A stretch of 64,000 nt of DNA from an uncultured Candidatus Saccharibacteria bacterium (GCA_964615565.1 CAZTPC010000001.1:7353-71352); one strand, 5' to 3'. Positions 1-10,832 are shown, counted from the stretch's first letter. The notes: generated by a model from the sequence alone, not told the origin. Program-made: numbers and translations.

Positions 1-2
1 GC

Positions 3-296
3 TGTCGTTTATCTCTGCAAGTTCACGACGAAAAGCAGGAGAGCTGGTTTCTTATCACTGGCGAAGCCAAAGTTATTTGGGAGAACAGCAAAGGCGAGCT
101 GACTGAGACGGTTCTAGAAAAAGGCAAAGGCTACTCAACCTCTATCGGTCAGAAACACCGGCTCGTAGGTGTAACCGATTGCGACATTATCGAAGTTTCT
201 ACGCCCGAAAAGGGAACAACTTGGCGATTAGAAGACGATTACACACGCCCAGATGAAACTGAGCAACAGCGCAAGATTGAGCGTGGCGAACAGTAG
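3..296 (+). CDS. Cupin-domain protein (mannose-6-phosphate isomerase type II-like), 5'-truncated by window edge
   Basis: My translation of frame 3: CRLSLQVHDEKQESW...KHRL...IEVSTPEKGTTWRLEDDY; LSLQxH, HRL and RLEDDY motifs; not in ORF track. Confidence 0.75.
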   Translation, partial: CRLSLQVHDEKQESWFLITGEAKVIWENSKGELTETVLEKGKGYSTSIGQKHRLVGVTDCDIIEVSTPEKGTTWRLEDDYTRPDETEQQRKIERGEQ

Positions 297-1004
297 CTAG
301 GCGAGCACTAATCGAGGGTCGTCCGGGACGGGTGTGGTATCCCGACCAGAACCACGACGAGAGCTTTTCATAAAGAACCTTGGATCGTCACCGGCGATAA
401 TGTTGCCACCTATCAGAAAGAGTGGTGGCTGAAGGAGCTCTAGTTCTCCCATGGCCATCAACTTGAAGAGATCATTGCGGAGATGCGCATACCATGCCAG
501 ATGGAAAGAGCTTACTTCCTCTGGCGCGCCATAGATTATGAAGTGGCGTTTACGGTTTGGCGGAAAGCCATCGATAGTAGGACAGGTAAAGGGTGTATCA
601 GTTGGGTTCCAGAAACCATCCGTTCCAGTATCTCGGAGGTTTTCTATAACATCTAACCCCTCAGGGACGACAAAGCCAAGGTTGACTTCGTTCTTAAGTA
701 TTTTGTGAAACGCAAAGTTTACTCGGCAAACTTCGGCAGCCATATGCATTTCTGATCTACCTAGTCCGTCGCTCATTACTTCGGACACAACTGCCTGACT
801 GATAGTGCGGGTGAATCCAACACGTCTTGTTTCGTTGAGTACTTCGGGGTCTATTCCATCTGAGGCTAGCTTTGCAAGTGTCTCTTGACCTACACCGTCA
901 CCCAGACCCAGGACGGCAGGAGAGTGTGCTATTTGCTCGGCATACTGCTGAACCTCTTGATCAGACAGGTAGCTTTCCCTGAGTAATGAGTCTAGAACTT
1001 CCAT
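297..1004 (-). CDS. Hypothetical protein (acidic orphan)
   Basis: 235-aa ORF filling the space between flanking genes; no recognisable motif. Confidence 0.6.
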   Translation of the reverse strand: MEVLDSLLRESYLSDQEVQQYAEQIAHSPAVLGLGDGVGQETLAKLASDGIDPEVLNETRRVGFTRTISQAVVSEVMSDGLGRSEMHMAAEVCRVNFAFHKILKNEVNLGFVVPEGLDVIENLRDTGTDGFWNPTDTPFTCPTIDGFPPNRKRHFIIYGAPEEVSSFHLAWYAHLRNDLFKLMAMGELELLQPPLFLIGGNIIAGDDPRFFMKSSRRGSGRDTTPVPDDPRLVLA

Positions 1005-1056
1005 TGCACTATCAAACCATAGTTATGGCTCCATGCCAAGCTGTTACAATAAGCAC

Positions 1057-2025
1057 ATGAAACTAGTAGTCGTATCTATATGTATGGACGAGGAGAAGAC
1101 CATAGGTCAGGTTCTGGATGCGATTCCAGACAAGATCCCTGGTATTAAAGTAATTGAGAAGTGGGTTATTAGTGACGGTAGTACCGACAACACTCCAGCA
1201 GTTGCAAAGGCATATGGTGCGCATGTCCGACACGATGGTGTCCAGAAGCGTTTGGCATTTCGATTCCGCGAAGCGGTAGACCTGGCACTCAGTCGTGGCG
1301 CGGATATCCTAGTGAATATCGACGGTGATATGCAGTTCAACCCGGCGGATATCCCACAGTTTGTCGGACCAATTGTAGATGACGAAGCAGACTTTGTAGC
1401 AGCCGACCGATTTACTAATCCAGACTCTGGTCTGGTGCGACGCCCACAGAATATGCCAGCCGGTAAGTACTACGGCAACAAGCTCGGTGCCTGGATTACT
1501 GGCAAGCTGAGCGGCCAAAGCTTCCCAGATGTCACCTGTGGTTTCCGCGCATATAGCCGCAAGGCGCTGATCTCAATCAACATCAATAGCATGTATACCT
1601 ACACCCAGGAAACATTCCAGGTCTTGGCCATGAAACGCATGCGTATCAAGGCTGTGCCGGTTCATGTTACTTACTTCAAAGGCCGTAAGTCGCGCGTAGT
1701 GTTAAGTATCCCGAGTTATATCGCTATGAGCGCTGTAAACATTCTGCGGGCATACCGAGACTTTGCGCCACTCAGATTCTTTGCATGGCTTGGAACGATT
1801 CCATTCGGCTTTGGATTACTAAGCTTTATCCTGCTCGGTATCCACTGGTTTAACACCGGCGAACTCTCGCCATATAAATTCCTTGGTTTTGTTGGTATTT
1901 ATCTGACAACACTTGGACTTATTCTGTGGGTGGTAGGATTGCTCGCCGACATGCAAGTACGCTTGCTCAACAATCAAGAAAAAATGTACGAAGGTCTCAA
2001 AGAACTCAAGTACCCCAAAGACTAA
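1057..2025 (+). CDS. Glycosyltransferase family 2 (polyprenol-phosphate glycosyltransferase-like, C-terminal TM pair)
   Basis: SDGSTD, IDGD and DVTCGFRAY motifs; start moved to ATG 1057, 6 nt after TACAAT. Confidence 0.9.
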   Translation: MKLVVVSICMDEEKTIGQVLDAIPDKIPGIKVIEKWVISDGSTDNTPAVAKAYGAHVRHDGVQKRLAFRFREAVDLALSRGADILVNIDGDMQFNPADIPQFVGPIVDDEADFVAADRFTNPDSGLVRRPQNMPAGKYYGNKLGAWITGKLSGQSFPDVTCGFRAYSRKALISININSMYTYTQETFQVLAMKRMRIKAVPVHVTYFKGRKSRVVLSIPSYIAMSAVNILRAYRDFAPLRFFAWLGTIPFGFGLLSFILLGIHWFNTGELSPYKFLGFVGIYLTTLGLILWVVGLLADMQVRLLNNQEKMYEGLKELKYPKD

Positions 2026-2029
2026 AAAT

Positions 2030-2914
2030 ATGCCAAAGATCGCAGTTTTTGATTACAGAATACTTCCGAAAGAACAGCAGGCTATTCAGGAGTTAGCAGA
2101 TAACAATATCCGATTCCCGCTGGAACGTAGCAAACTAAATGATTTAAATGAAATGACTGGCGACGCCGAGATCGTCCTGATTACTCCGTGGGAGAAAGTG
2201 ACAAAAGAATATCTCGATGCACATCCGAACATGAAATACATTGGTCTTTGTGGTACGTCGACTGCAAACATCGATCTGGAAGAACTAGAAAAGCGTGATA
2301 TAGCATTTAGAAATATAGTCTGGCACAACAAAGAAGGCGTGGCAGAGTTTTACTTTATGTACTTGGTTGCACTAGCTCGAGGAGTTGGTGAGTATCAATG
2401 GAAGGCAGGTGAAACCCATGAGTTAGTTGGTAAGAGCATTGGTATTATTGGGCTCGGTCATGTTGGTCAGGCATTTGCACACATGGCGTTGGCATATAAG
2501 ATGAATGTTAGCTACTTTAGCCCGCATAGAAAGCAGGAGTGGGAAGACAAGGGCGTTACATATAAAGAGAAGGCCGATCTTGTTGCTGACAACGAGATAC
2601 TTGTTGTTTGTAGTCCTACCAATGTACGTGTTTTGGATAAGCCAGACTTTGACTTGATCAAACCAGGCAGCATTCTTATGCAGGCTTGTGGTGGTACACC
2701 GTTCGATGCGGATGCATTCAAAGCATGGGTAAGCAAGCCAGGGAACTTTGCTGTGTTCGAGATGTCGGCTGGACAGGAGAATCACGATACATATAAAGAC
2801 CTACCAGGTGTCATATTCTCAGACTTAGTAGCTGGCGACACATATGAATCAAACCAGAGACGTGGTAGATCCGCAGTTGAGAATCTTAAGACTTACTTGG
2901 CTTCTGTCACTTAG
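2030..2914 (+). CDS. D-isomer-specific 2-hydroxyacid dehydrogenase family NAD(P)-binding protein
   Basis: ELVGKSIGIIGLGHVG Rossmann motif; overall family layout. Confidence 0.75.
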   Translation: MPKIAVFDYRILPKEQQAIQELADNNIRFPLERSKLNDLNEMTGDAEIVLITPWEKVTKEYLDAHPNMKYIGLCGTSTANIDLEELEKRDIAFRNIVWHNKEGVAEFYFMYLVALARGVGEYQWKAGETHELVGKSIGIIGLGHVGQAFAHMALAYKMNVSYFSPHRKQEWEDKGVTYKEKADLVADNEILVVCSPTNVRVLDKPDFDLIKPGSILMQACGGTPFDADAFKAWVSKPGNFAVFEMSAGQENHDTYKDLPGVIFSDLVAGDTYESNQRRGRSAVENLKTYLASVT

Positions 2915-2916
2915 TT

Positions 2917-4026
2917 TCAGTTTGTGTGCTGGTCGACGAAGGTTTGAATTTTTTTCTGGAAGTTCTGCTCCGAGAATTGCCCTGCAAACGAAGCGACATC
3001 TTTGGGGTTAAATTTGCTTGAATCAAATTTCTTAAGAACGGCCACTAGGCTTTGTACGGTTTGCTCCTCGAAGAATAGGCCAGTCTTGCCCGGGATAACA
3101 TAGTCGCGCACGCCACCTTTACCGTAGGCGATCACCGGTGTGCCGGCAGCGATTGCCTCGAGCGGTGCGATGCCAAAGTCTTCGAATGATGCAGATAGGA
3201 ACGCCTCGGCACCAGCTAGATGTTCCAGAACTTCTTGGTCGTTTACGTTCTCGAGGAACTCAATGGTTGGGCCGGCAATGGCAACGAGACGGGCATGTTC
3301 CGGGCCGCGACCAATAACTTTGAGTGGCAATTTAAGCTCATTACATGCCTTTATGAGGATGTCATTATGCTTATACAAGACCTGTCGACTAACTGTCACA
3401 AAGCCACTGCGTTTGTTCGTAAAGCTGTGCTCGAACCGTTTTGTGTCGAGCGGGGGATTAATAACCACTGCTTCGCGGCCATAATATTGCTTTATCTCGC
3501 CGGCTATAAAACTGGAGTTGGCGATAAAGTAGTCCACCTTTTGTGCTGCACGGTAGTCGCGTTTTCGGAATGGTCCTACAAAGAATCGAAGACCAATCTT
3601 GGCTGCCCAGTTAAGTGCTCCAAATCCAGGATCTTTTAAGTACTTTTTGTAGCTACGCCAGTAATAGTGAGTTGGGGCATGGCAATAGCATATGTGTGTG
3701 GTTGTATCAGGGACTTGCAGGTCATTGGCTTCGCCATTGCCCTTACTGCTGATAACCACGTCATAGGCGGATAGATCAAGATTACTAAACCAACTAATGC
3801 GACCAATACTTGAGATGATTGCCCAGCGACGAATTGCACTGAATGGCCACTTCTGCATCTTGCCAGTCACAACTTTGTTATCAAGTTTCTCACGCCACTC
3901 GGGTGTGCAATAGGAGGTATATATTGGTGCGTCGGGATATTGTTTGTGGAGTTGCTCCACGACCCGTTCGGCTCCGCCACCCACTAGCCAGTCATGAACT
4001 ATTGCAACCTTCAATGTTTTAGCCAC
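2917..4026 (-). CDS. Glycosyltransferase family 4
   Basis: VHDWLVGGGAERV, YCHAP and EDFGIAPLEA (EX7E) motifs. Confidence 0.92.
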   Translation of the reverse strand: MAKTLKVAIVHDWLVGGGAERVVEQLHKQYPDAPIYTSYCTPEWREKLDNKVVTGKMQKWPFSAIRRWAIISSIGRISWFSNLDLSAYDVVISSKGNGEANDLQVPDTTTHICYCHAPTHYYWRSYKKYLKDPGFGALNWAAKIGLRFFVGPFRKRDYRAAQKVDYFIANSSFIAGEIKQYYGREAVVINPPLDTKRFEHSFTNKRSGFVTVSRQVLYKHNDILIKACNELKLPLKVIGRGPEHARLVAIAGPTIEFLENVNDQEVLEHLAGAEAFLSASFEDFGIAPLEAIAAGTPVIAYGKGGVRDYVIPGKTGLFFEEQTVQSLVAVLKKFDSSKFNPKDVASFAGQFSEQNFQKKIQTFVDQHTN

Positions 4027-5440
4027 GAATAACTGCCTTGATAGTCTTGACTAGAATAGTGAGGTCTAACCAGAAGCTCCAGTTTTGTACATAAAAAGTA
4101 TCGAGCTTTCGACGTTCCTCGAAGCTAATATCCCGCAGGCCAGATACTTGTGCCAAGCCAGTTAAGCCGGACTTTACACTTAGAATGGTGTGTTTCTTTT
4201 CGTATTTGTTTAATTCATTTGGAATAAGTGCCCGTGGGCCAACCAGACTAATCTCTCCGTGCAGGATGTTGAACAACTGAGGTAGTTCGTCGATATGTGT
4301 TCGTCGAGTAATGCGACCAACTGGCGTAACCCGGAAGTCATGGTCCAGGCGGTCACCATTCTTTCGATATTCTTTGATGAGCTCTGGCTTACCAATCATG
4401 GCAAAGACTTCTTCGTCTTTTTTGCCATCAAACTTGGCATAGTGCGAGCGGAACTTCAGAACTTTAAAGATGCGGTTGTGGCGAGTGAGTCGTTCTTGCT
4501 GAACGCCGCGCATAAACACCGGGCCTTTTGGATCACTGAGTTTTACGGCAATTGCAGTAAGTAACATGATCGGGCTAGTCACAATAATAAGAATAATCGA
4601 TCCAAAGATATCGAATAGCCGTTTGACCACGCGACCCCAACCAACAAGTGCGGTCTGGTGTACTGCGATCATTGGGATACTCCCACCGAATAGCTCTACT
4701 TCCATGTTGCCTACAAACAAGCTGCTGTTGCCAGGCACAAAACGATAGGCGGCATGATTGACCTGCGCAAAGCGTAGTACTGCATCATTCTTTTCTTGAT
4801 CCTTGTATAACTCTGTTTGGATGATGCTGTGAATTGGCTCGGAAACCTTTTCGAGTGCGACCGAAAAGTTGGAGTAGTTCTTAAAACCCTTGGCTTCTCG
4901 CCCAACAACTCCAAGCACCCGCTGGCCGGTAGACTTGGTGTTGGCAATCGCTTCGGCAACCTCAGCAGACTTGGACGTATCACCAACTATCAGTACATTA
5001 CTAACACCAATTCCATAGGCGTAGAGCGCGCGGCGAAGTAGTAGTGCAAAGAGCCTAAAGATTACTAAGAATCCAAACCCAAGAGCTAATCCGTACACTG
5101 GTACTAGACGAGCAGGGAACAATTCACTGGTACTCACAAAGTCGTAACCGATAAGTACTAAGATTCCTAAGATTGAGCCAACGAGTAACCGAGCAAGTTC
5201 CTGAAAACGACGTTCGTATACGCGCTGACTGTATAGGCCAATAAACGCATGCACGCCTATCCATAGCGGCAGGACACTAAACATCGCTCTAAAGTAGTCG
5301 ACTGCACCGATTTGCTGAAGAAGTGGCCGGTCATCAATCTTAACGCGCAAGATATATGCCAAGCCAAAGGCAGCCAAGAGTGCAAGAAAATCACCCGCCA
5401 CCAATAGGAGGGCATAACCGAGCGAAGCGTTATTTTTCAT
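4019..5440 (-). CDS. Polyprenyl glycosylphosphotransferase (WcaJ/WbaP-type initiating sugar transferase)
   Basis: N-terminal TMs; KRLFD, KFRS, DELPQLFN, SLVGPR, GLTGLAQV and YVQNWS motifs. Confidence 0.92.
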   Translation of the reverse strand: MKNNASLGYALLLVAGDFLALLAAFGLAYILRVKIDDRPLLQQIGAVDYFRAMFSVLPLWIGVHAFIGLYSQRVYERRFQELARLLVGSILGILVLIGYDFVSTSELFPARLVPVYGLALGFGFLVIFRLFALLLRRALYAYGIGVSNVLIVGDTSKSAEVAEAIANTKSTGQRVLGVVGREAKGFKNYSNFSVALEKVSEPIHSIIQTELYKDQEKNDAVLRFAQVNHAAYRFVPGNSSLFVGNMEVELFGGSIPMIAVHQTALVGWGRVVKRLFDIFGSIILIIVTSPIMLLTAIAVKLSDPKGPVFMRGVQQERLTRHNRIFKVLKFRSHYAKFDGKKDEEVFAMIGKPELIKEYRKNGDRLDHDFRVTPVGRITRRTHIDELPQLFNILHGEISLVGPRALIPNELNKYEKKHTILSVKSGLTGLAQVSGLRDISFEERRKLDTFYVQNWSFWLDLTILVKTIKAVIRG

Positions 5441-5480
5441 AGCTCAATTGTACCGCCTCACAAGGGTAATTGCTAACTGG

Positions 5481-5900
5481 TTAGAAGTGGGGCAACCAAG
5501 GGAATGCAGGCTTGGTCCGACTTTTATCACATAAGTCTCTATAAGCAGCAAGGTTGTCTGGATCGTTACGGTATACGTTCTGAATTGTTTGGCGGTCACA
5601 CCAGTAATGCGTATGACCTTCTAAATAGTAATCCGGGAAACCTATTTTGGCAGTGAGTGTCTCAGTTTGATTGCGGATATGAAACTGACGTCCAATACTA
5701 TGGACACCTATTCTGGCTAGGCCAACCAAGCCAATAGCGCCGGCAGACACAGCGCTATAGATATTTGCCGGTTCTGGGTTGAGGATTGCATCTACGATAA
5801 ACGGCGTAGCTATGCCGCTGCCGATAGCAATCTCAGCAAGACCAACCGGTGCAGTCCGTATGGTCTCAATTGGATGGCGAACAGATCTAGGAATCTCCAT
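5481..5900 (-). CDS. Hypothetical membrane protein
   Basis: 139-aa ORF with two hydrophobic segments. Confidence 0.55.
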   Translation of the reverse strand: MEIPRSVRHPIETIRTAPVGLAEIAIGSGIATPFIVDAILNPEPANIYSAVSAGAIGLVGLARIGVHSIGRQFHIRNQTETLTAKIGFPDYYLEGHTHYWCDRQTIQNVYRNDPDNLAAYRDLCDKSRTKPAFPWLPHF

Positions 5901-5944
5901 AATAAGCTGTTAACTATACAACAAAAGATGAGTATGAGCAATAC

Positions 5945-7114
5945 TTAGGCAGGGCGTGGTTTGAAGAACTTACTGCCAAATACAAGGAGTACAACTGCAA
6001 ATGTTGTACCAAATAATGCAATGACACCAAAGCCGTTACGCAGTCCTAAGCCACCAATAATCACACCTGCTGCAAAAGGCATCCACATCTGCTGAAGGCC
6101 TTCGAGGTTACTCATGATAGATAATAGCGTTGCTTTGGGCTGTCCAGGTAACTTTGCAAGCATCTTTTCTTGGTAGATGATTCGGCGGTATCGCCAGACA
6201 GAGATGCTAGCGATTACTACTACAATGAGTAACGGCAGTGAATATATGAATACGGCAATGTATGGGATTACGGCCAGAACACTATCTCCGGCAAGGACCA
6301 CCCAAACTGGTAAATCCTTGACCTTATGGAAGTAGATGCCCATGATTGCCCCAATGATCGAGGCAGCCGAGAATATCCATCCAAGTAGTGAGGGCTGCAT
6401 GCCAAGTTGTTTGAAAGCCAGGTTAAAGAAGTCGCTGGGAGCCGTGTAAAGCGCACCTATTACTCCATATCCTAAGGCAAAACCAAGAGCACCTTTAGAC
6501 TTAAGTATTAGACCTAAGTGTCCAAAGTTAGTTCGCTCTATCTTACGGTTATGCACGTCTTTCAGGATTAGCGCGACGATGCCTAGCGAGGCGTATGCTA
6601 CTGTGCCAATTAGGAACGGCAGTCGATGATCAATCTTGTAAGTCATAGGTACCAGTGCCAGCAAAATAGCATTAATTATTAACGATAATGACTGTGCTCG
6701 ACTAACAATCTTGGTATACGAGCTGACTTTGTCTAGTACTACTAATGAGTCGTGTATCAGCGCTTCTCCAGCGCCAAGCAAGAATCCGTAGCCTACTGCC
6801 TCGAAAAATGTCCCTACGAAGATTGCTGGCTTGTGAGGCAGGAAAGCATATATTAGGGTTGCAACTACATTGAGGAGTGCGCCAATACGCAGACTATTGG
6901 CACGGCCGTACCTATCAGCAAAGATACCCGTTGGTACATCGGCAAGGAAGTTAACAATATAGAAGAATGAACCAAGAATACCAATTTCGGCAAAGGTAAA
7001 GTTGGCAACCTGCATAAAGTAGATCGCGGCCAAGGGCAAAAAGACCCTCTTGGTAAAAATCTTGAGGACAGGAAAGAATCGAACGTTGCGATTGGCGTAT
7101 TGTTTGGCGTCCAC
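5945..7114 (-). CDS. MFS transporter
   Basis: About 12 hydrophobic segments; PTGIFADRYGR motif A. Confidence 0.9.
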   Translation of the reverse strand: MDAKQYANRNVRFFPVLKIFTKRVFLPLAAIYFMQVANFTFAEIGILGSFFYIVNFLADVPTGIFADRYGRANSLRIGALLNVVATLIYAFLPHKPAIFVGTFFEAVGYGFLLGAGEALIHDSLVVLDKVSSYTKIVSRAQSLSLIINAILLALVPMTYKIDHRLPFLIGTVAYASLGIVALILKDVHNRKIERTNFGHLGLILKSKGALGFALGYGVIGALYTAPSDFFNLAFKQLGMQPSLLGWIFSAASIIGAIMGIYFHKVKDLPVWVVLAGDSVLAVIPYIAVFIYSLPLLIVVVIASISVWRYRRIIYQEKMLAKLPGQPKATLLSIMSNLEGLQQMWMPFAAGVIIGGLGLRNGFGVIALFGTTFAVVLLVFGSKFFKPRPA

Positions 7115-7221
7115 CGGCGAGCTCCTTTGGACTCTATTCTACAGTGCCTTTAGCCCAAAGACTAACACTCGAGCGGGGAAGTCACACATGCTATACTTCG
7201 AATAAGAAAAGGGAGAAACTC

Positions 7222-8631
7222 ATGCGTAAGTTGATTCGATTGTTGCCGGCATTAGTGCTGGCTGTTTTTATGTTGGCGGGTGGAACGGCAAGTGCGGCTG
7301 ATGCGTCATTATTGCTAGGTCAGAATCATAACTACTCGGTGCACTTTAGAAGCAACGGCGAGGCAATAGTCTCTGCTCGTGTTGTGGTTCATAACAGAAA
7401 TACAGATGATCTAAAGAAGGTCAGCCTGTCTATACCCGGTAGTGTGTACGAGGTGTACGCGCTGCAACAGATCCTGCCCAAAACATGCGACAAATACACC
7501 TATTCATACGGATATAGCGGCGAATCGACATGTGCAAAAGAATCAGACCCTGATTATACCGAACAGTATTATGGCTATTACCAAGACAACAATGTGGTGT
7601 ACAAAAAGCTAAAGCCAGTGCAAGAGGGTGAGAAGTATACATTCTCTCTATCTGAGGCAATTGCAGAAGACAAGTCCGGTGCGATTATTGTCTCTTATGC
7701 CTCCAAATCGTATACCCATAAAAGATTTGGCAAAATGAAGTTCGATTTCCAGACCTTCAAGGCAGATGAGCGGATTCAGAAAGCAAAAGTTGCGGTGACC
7801 TTTGACGACGATGTCTATTACAACGGCAAACGATCGAGTGTACAGTACGCACCAGAAGCTTCATCAGGCATTAGCGCTTTGGCTGACTCTGCCGGATCAA
7901 GTAATAAATCGCTGCAAAGTTACGTCGGATCCATTGGCGACTCTGGTGCAATCATTAAGAATTCAAACAATCTTGCTCCTGGTGATACATACCATGTGAC
8001 TGGTATCTATGCTTCAAGCTGGCTGGGCTTGTACGGTACGACACTATTCTGGACAGTCTTTGGCTTTGCAGCACTGTTTGTAGGTATCTATCTACTAACT
8101 CGATGGCGAGCATCAAGGCACCGTGGTGCCAAGGGTGGCGGAGGCGACGGGGTCGGGCCTACTATTTCTGCTCAGCCGCAGCAACCCTCGCAATCAGATC
8201 ATACAGAGAATCGTATGCGTGCTTTCCCAACTGCTCAGAAAGAACCAGTGAAGGTTATGTGGCTAACGGTTACACCGCTGTTTGCTAGCTTTCTGTACGC
8301 ATTATTCTCAGTCGTTCTTACGGGATTAGTAGGTCTTGGCATTATTGTCTTGTCGGCAATCGCCTTACGAAACACTAGCTATGACTATTCTGGTCCGCAG
8401 ATTTTTGGCATTGGCCTGGCGGTTGCAGCAGGTGTTATTACGGCAATCGTTGGGTTATTTACGCTGCCAATTGTGATGGCACGCAAACGCGGACTTCGTT
8501 ACCTATTTACAACGCTCGTTTTTGAAGTTGTTTGGCTACTAGTGACAATGTCAGTAATAGGCATCTTTACTGGAACACCAAACACATCTACCCCAGACTA
8601 TTACGAAGGTGGCGGCATACAGCCACTATAA
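7222..8631 (+). CDS. Hypothetical exported membrane protein (signal peptide, extracellular domain, four C-terminal TM segments)
   Basis: Signal peptide ending ASA-A after ATG 7222, preceded by GGGAG; Cys pair in the extracellular part. Confidence 0.7.
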   Translation: MRKLIRLLPALVLAVFMLAGGTASAADASLLLGQNHNYSVHFRSNGEAIVSARVVVHNRNTDDLKKVSLSIPGSVYEVYALQQILPKTCDKYTYSYGYSGESTCAKESDPDYTEQYYGYYQDNNVVYKKLKPVQEGEKYTFSLSEAIAEDKSGAIIVSYASKSYTHKRFGKMKFDFQTFKADERIQKAKVAVTFDDDVYYNGKRSSVQYAPEASSGISALADSAGSSNKSLQSYVGSIGDSGAIIKNSNNLAPGDTYHVTGIYASSWLGLYGTTLFWTVFGFAALFVGIYLLTRWRASRHRGAKGGGGDGVGPTISAQPQQPSQSDHTENRMRAFPTAQKEPVKVMWLTVTPLFASFLYALFSVVLTGLVGLGIIVLSAIALRNTSYDYSGPQIFGIGLAVAAGVITAIVGLFTLPIVMARKRGLRYLFTTLVFEVVWLLVTMSVIGIFTGTPNTSTPDYYEGGGIQPL

Positions 8632-8633
8632 AC

Positions 8634-10406
8634 CTACCAGGTTGGTCCGGACGGGGCGGTGAAGTTGGCACCGAGTACGATGATGTAATCCGGTTGAGGA
8701 GTGCTGTTAGCGGAAGCCGAGGCCGATGTTGAGTTAGTCGCACTCGAAGTATCTGTACTAGCTTTTGCGGCTGGAACGATGCCGCCAGGTAAGGTAGAAG
8801 TAACTACTGTCCCAAAACGTACGCTCAGGAACCGCTCGGTGAATGGTCGCTTGGTAGTTTTGTTCATGCGAATGATAAGTGTTTTGTTCTGTGTAGATTC
8901 ACTCGTTTCCTTGGTGAGTACTTTATATCCATAGCTGGCCATTATGTCACCAACCGTAGTTGCCATACCGGTTCGGCCGGAACCGTTATATACAGCAATC
9001 TTTGGCCCCTCTTTCTTTAGATACGGGTCAACCATGTTGCTGCGTGCATAAGCGCGAATCTTGGTATAGTCATCAAAACCTTCGGTTGGCCGGACTACCG
9101 ATTGTCCGCCACCAGCAGAGTCGGTGCGTACTAAAGGATCTTCTGGTTTAGCCAGATCAAGCGAAGCAATATCTTTTTCTGGCAAAAGCTTAGTCTTTTC
9201 GAACAAGGTCTTTGCCTCATCTATAGTTAAGTCAGTTCGGATGTTCTTTTGGACAGCGTTAGCAAGAGCATTAAGTCGCACGGGGTTGGCTACGATTCCG
9301 GTGCTTGTAGCTTTTTCGCGCATAGCCAACAGTAGGCGACGCTGGTTGGCGTTTCGGTCGAAGTCTCCACGTGCACTACCATGTCGAGTACGGGCATATT
9401 GCAGGGCGCGAGCACCATCCATGGTTTGTGCGCCTGCCTTAAACTTCCAACCAGTAAATCCATCATAGATTGCATCGGGGACATTCACATCTACGCCACC
9501 AAGTGCGTCAACTACATCGCGAAAAGCCTTATAATCGGTAAGTACATATTTATGAATAGGCACGCCGGACACCTCTCTCATGATGCCGATCGCTGCTTGA
9601 ACTCCTGCCTTTTCAGCTTCGTCAGCACTCTTGCCTCGGTAGGTGGCATATTGTTTTGCTGTGCTATAGACAGCGTTGATCTTCATATTGCTCCCACGAC
9701 TCTCTACCCATGTATCGCGAGGAACGCTTAGCAATGAGGCGTTTTGATTCTTTAGGTCGACACTAGCAATAAGCATTGTGTCGGTCAGGTCAGGAGCTTC
9801 GTTCTCGGTACCACCACGTCCCATAAGCAAGACATTGAGGCGACCATCTCCTTCGGTATTAAGCTGTGAAGGATCGATATCTTCGTTGAGGGCAGCAGAT
9901 TTACTGTTACCAACACCTCGGCCAAATACTGAGTTTAAGAAGCTGTAGAGACGTACGCCAAGGAATGAGCCACCAGCAATTACTATTATTGCCGTAACAA
10001 GCCCGATCTTAAACTTAAGTGAGCGATTCTTCCACCACGTCCTCAGACGGCCACGTTTCTTTCCGCCATCGCCTGCATCTTTGGCTGCTTTCTTACGATC
10101 ACGACGTGAGCCGGCTACTTGTTTAGCAGTCTTTTCTGGGTATGCATTACTAAAGACATCCGTCTCAGGCCGATCAAAGTCATCAAGCTCAATAGTTTCG
10201 TCAACAGCCTGTTTTGCACTAGTGATCTCTGGGTCGATAGGCTGACGCTTGGCAAGAGGACGACGAGGACCACCGCTGAGCGGACCTTCTTTTCCATAAT
10301 ATTCAGGACTAACTACTGGACGACGACGTTTCGGGGCGAAACCATCCAAAGAAGTATTAGTGGGGCTCTTCTTAGAACCCTTAAAGTTCAAACGATCGTG
10401 AGGCAT
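8634..10406 (-). CDS. LCP (LytR-CpsA-Psr) family protein with LytR C-terminal domain
   Basis: TDT, SVPRDTW, KINA, YARTR and DFDRNANQR motifs; VYNGSGRTG C-terminal domain. Confidence 0.92.
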   Translation of the reverse strand: MPHDRLNFKGSKKSPTNTSLDGFAPKRRRPVVSPEYYGKEGPLSGGPRRPLAKRQPIDPEITSAKQAVDETIELDDFDRPETDVFSNAYPEKTAKQVAGSRRDRKKAAKDAGDGGKKRGRLRTWWKNRSLKFKIGLVTAIIVIAGGSFLGVRLYSFLNSVFGRGVGNSKSAALNEDIDPSQLNTEGDGRLNVLLMGRGGTENEAPDLTDTMLIASVDLKNQNASLLSVPRDTWVESRGSNMKINAVYSTAKQYATYRGKSADEAEKAGVQAAIGIMREVSGVPIHKYVLTDYKAFRDVVDALGGVDVNVPDAIYDGFTGWKFKAGAQTMDGARALQYARTRHGSARGDFDRNANQRRLLLAMREKATSTGIVANPVRLNALANAVQKNIRTDLTIDEAKTLFEKTKLLPEKDIASLDLAKPEDPLVRTDSAGGGQSVVRPTEGFDDYTKIRAYARSNMVDPYLKKEGPKIAVYNGSGRTGMATTVGDIMASYGYKVLTKETSESTQNKTLIIRMNKTTKRPFTERFLSVRFGTVVTSTLPGGIVPAAKASTDTSSATNSTSASASANSTPQPDYIIVLGANFTAPSGPTW

Positions 10407-10472
10407 ATTCGAGTATTATAACCGACCATCATACAAATGTCTTATGGTTATACACAGCTTTTACACAGGAAG

Positions 10473-10784
10473 TTACTTTTGGCGGTTCTTCTTGAAGTCT
10501 GCTGATTTGTTCAGGTTCTGCTGAGCAATGTCTGACAGGGAAAGATCAAAGTACTCTGCGAGTACTGCTACGTAATACAGGACATCACCAAGTTTCTCTG
10601 ATGCGGCAGCTGTATCACTAGTGTCTGGTTGGCCGTCTTTGTCTCGGATTACTTTTTTAAGCTGATTCGCAAGTATGCCTGCTTCACCGGTGAGACCAAG
10701 TGTTCGATGAGCGAGGGCAGGAATGCCTTTTTGAGTGATTGCCACGCTCTCTAGTGCCTTCTTTTGGAAGTTGTTTATATCCAT
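10473..10784 (-). CDS. MazG-like nucleoside triphosphate pyrophosphohydrolase
   Basis: LGLTGEAG...KK...LGDVLYY...NLNK pattern; some acidic metal ligands look substituted. Confidence 0.8.
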   Translation of the reverse strand: MDINNFQKKALESVAITQKGIPALAHRTLGLTGEAGILANQLKKVIRDKDGQPDTSDTAAASEKLGDVLYYVAVLAEYFDLSLSDIAQQNLNKSADFKKNRQK

Positions 10785-10832
10785 GTCATAAGTATACCTC
10801 TTGTGACCAGAGGTGTGCTACCATAAGCGTAA

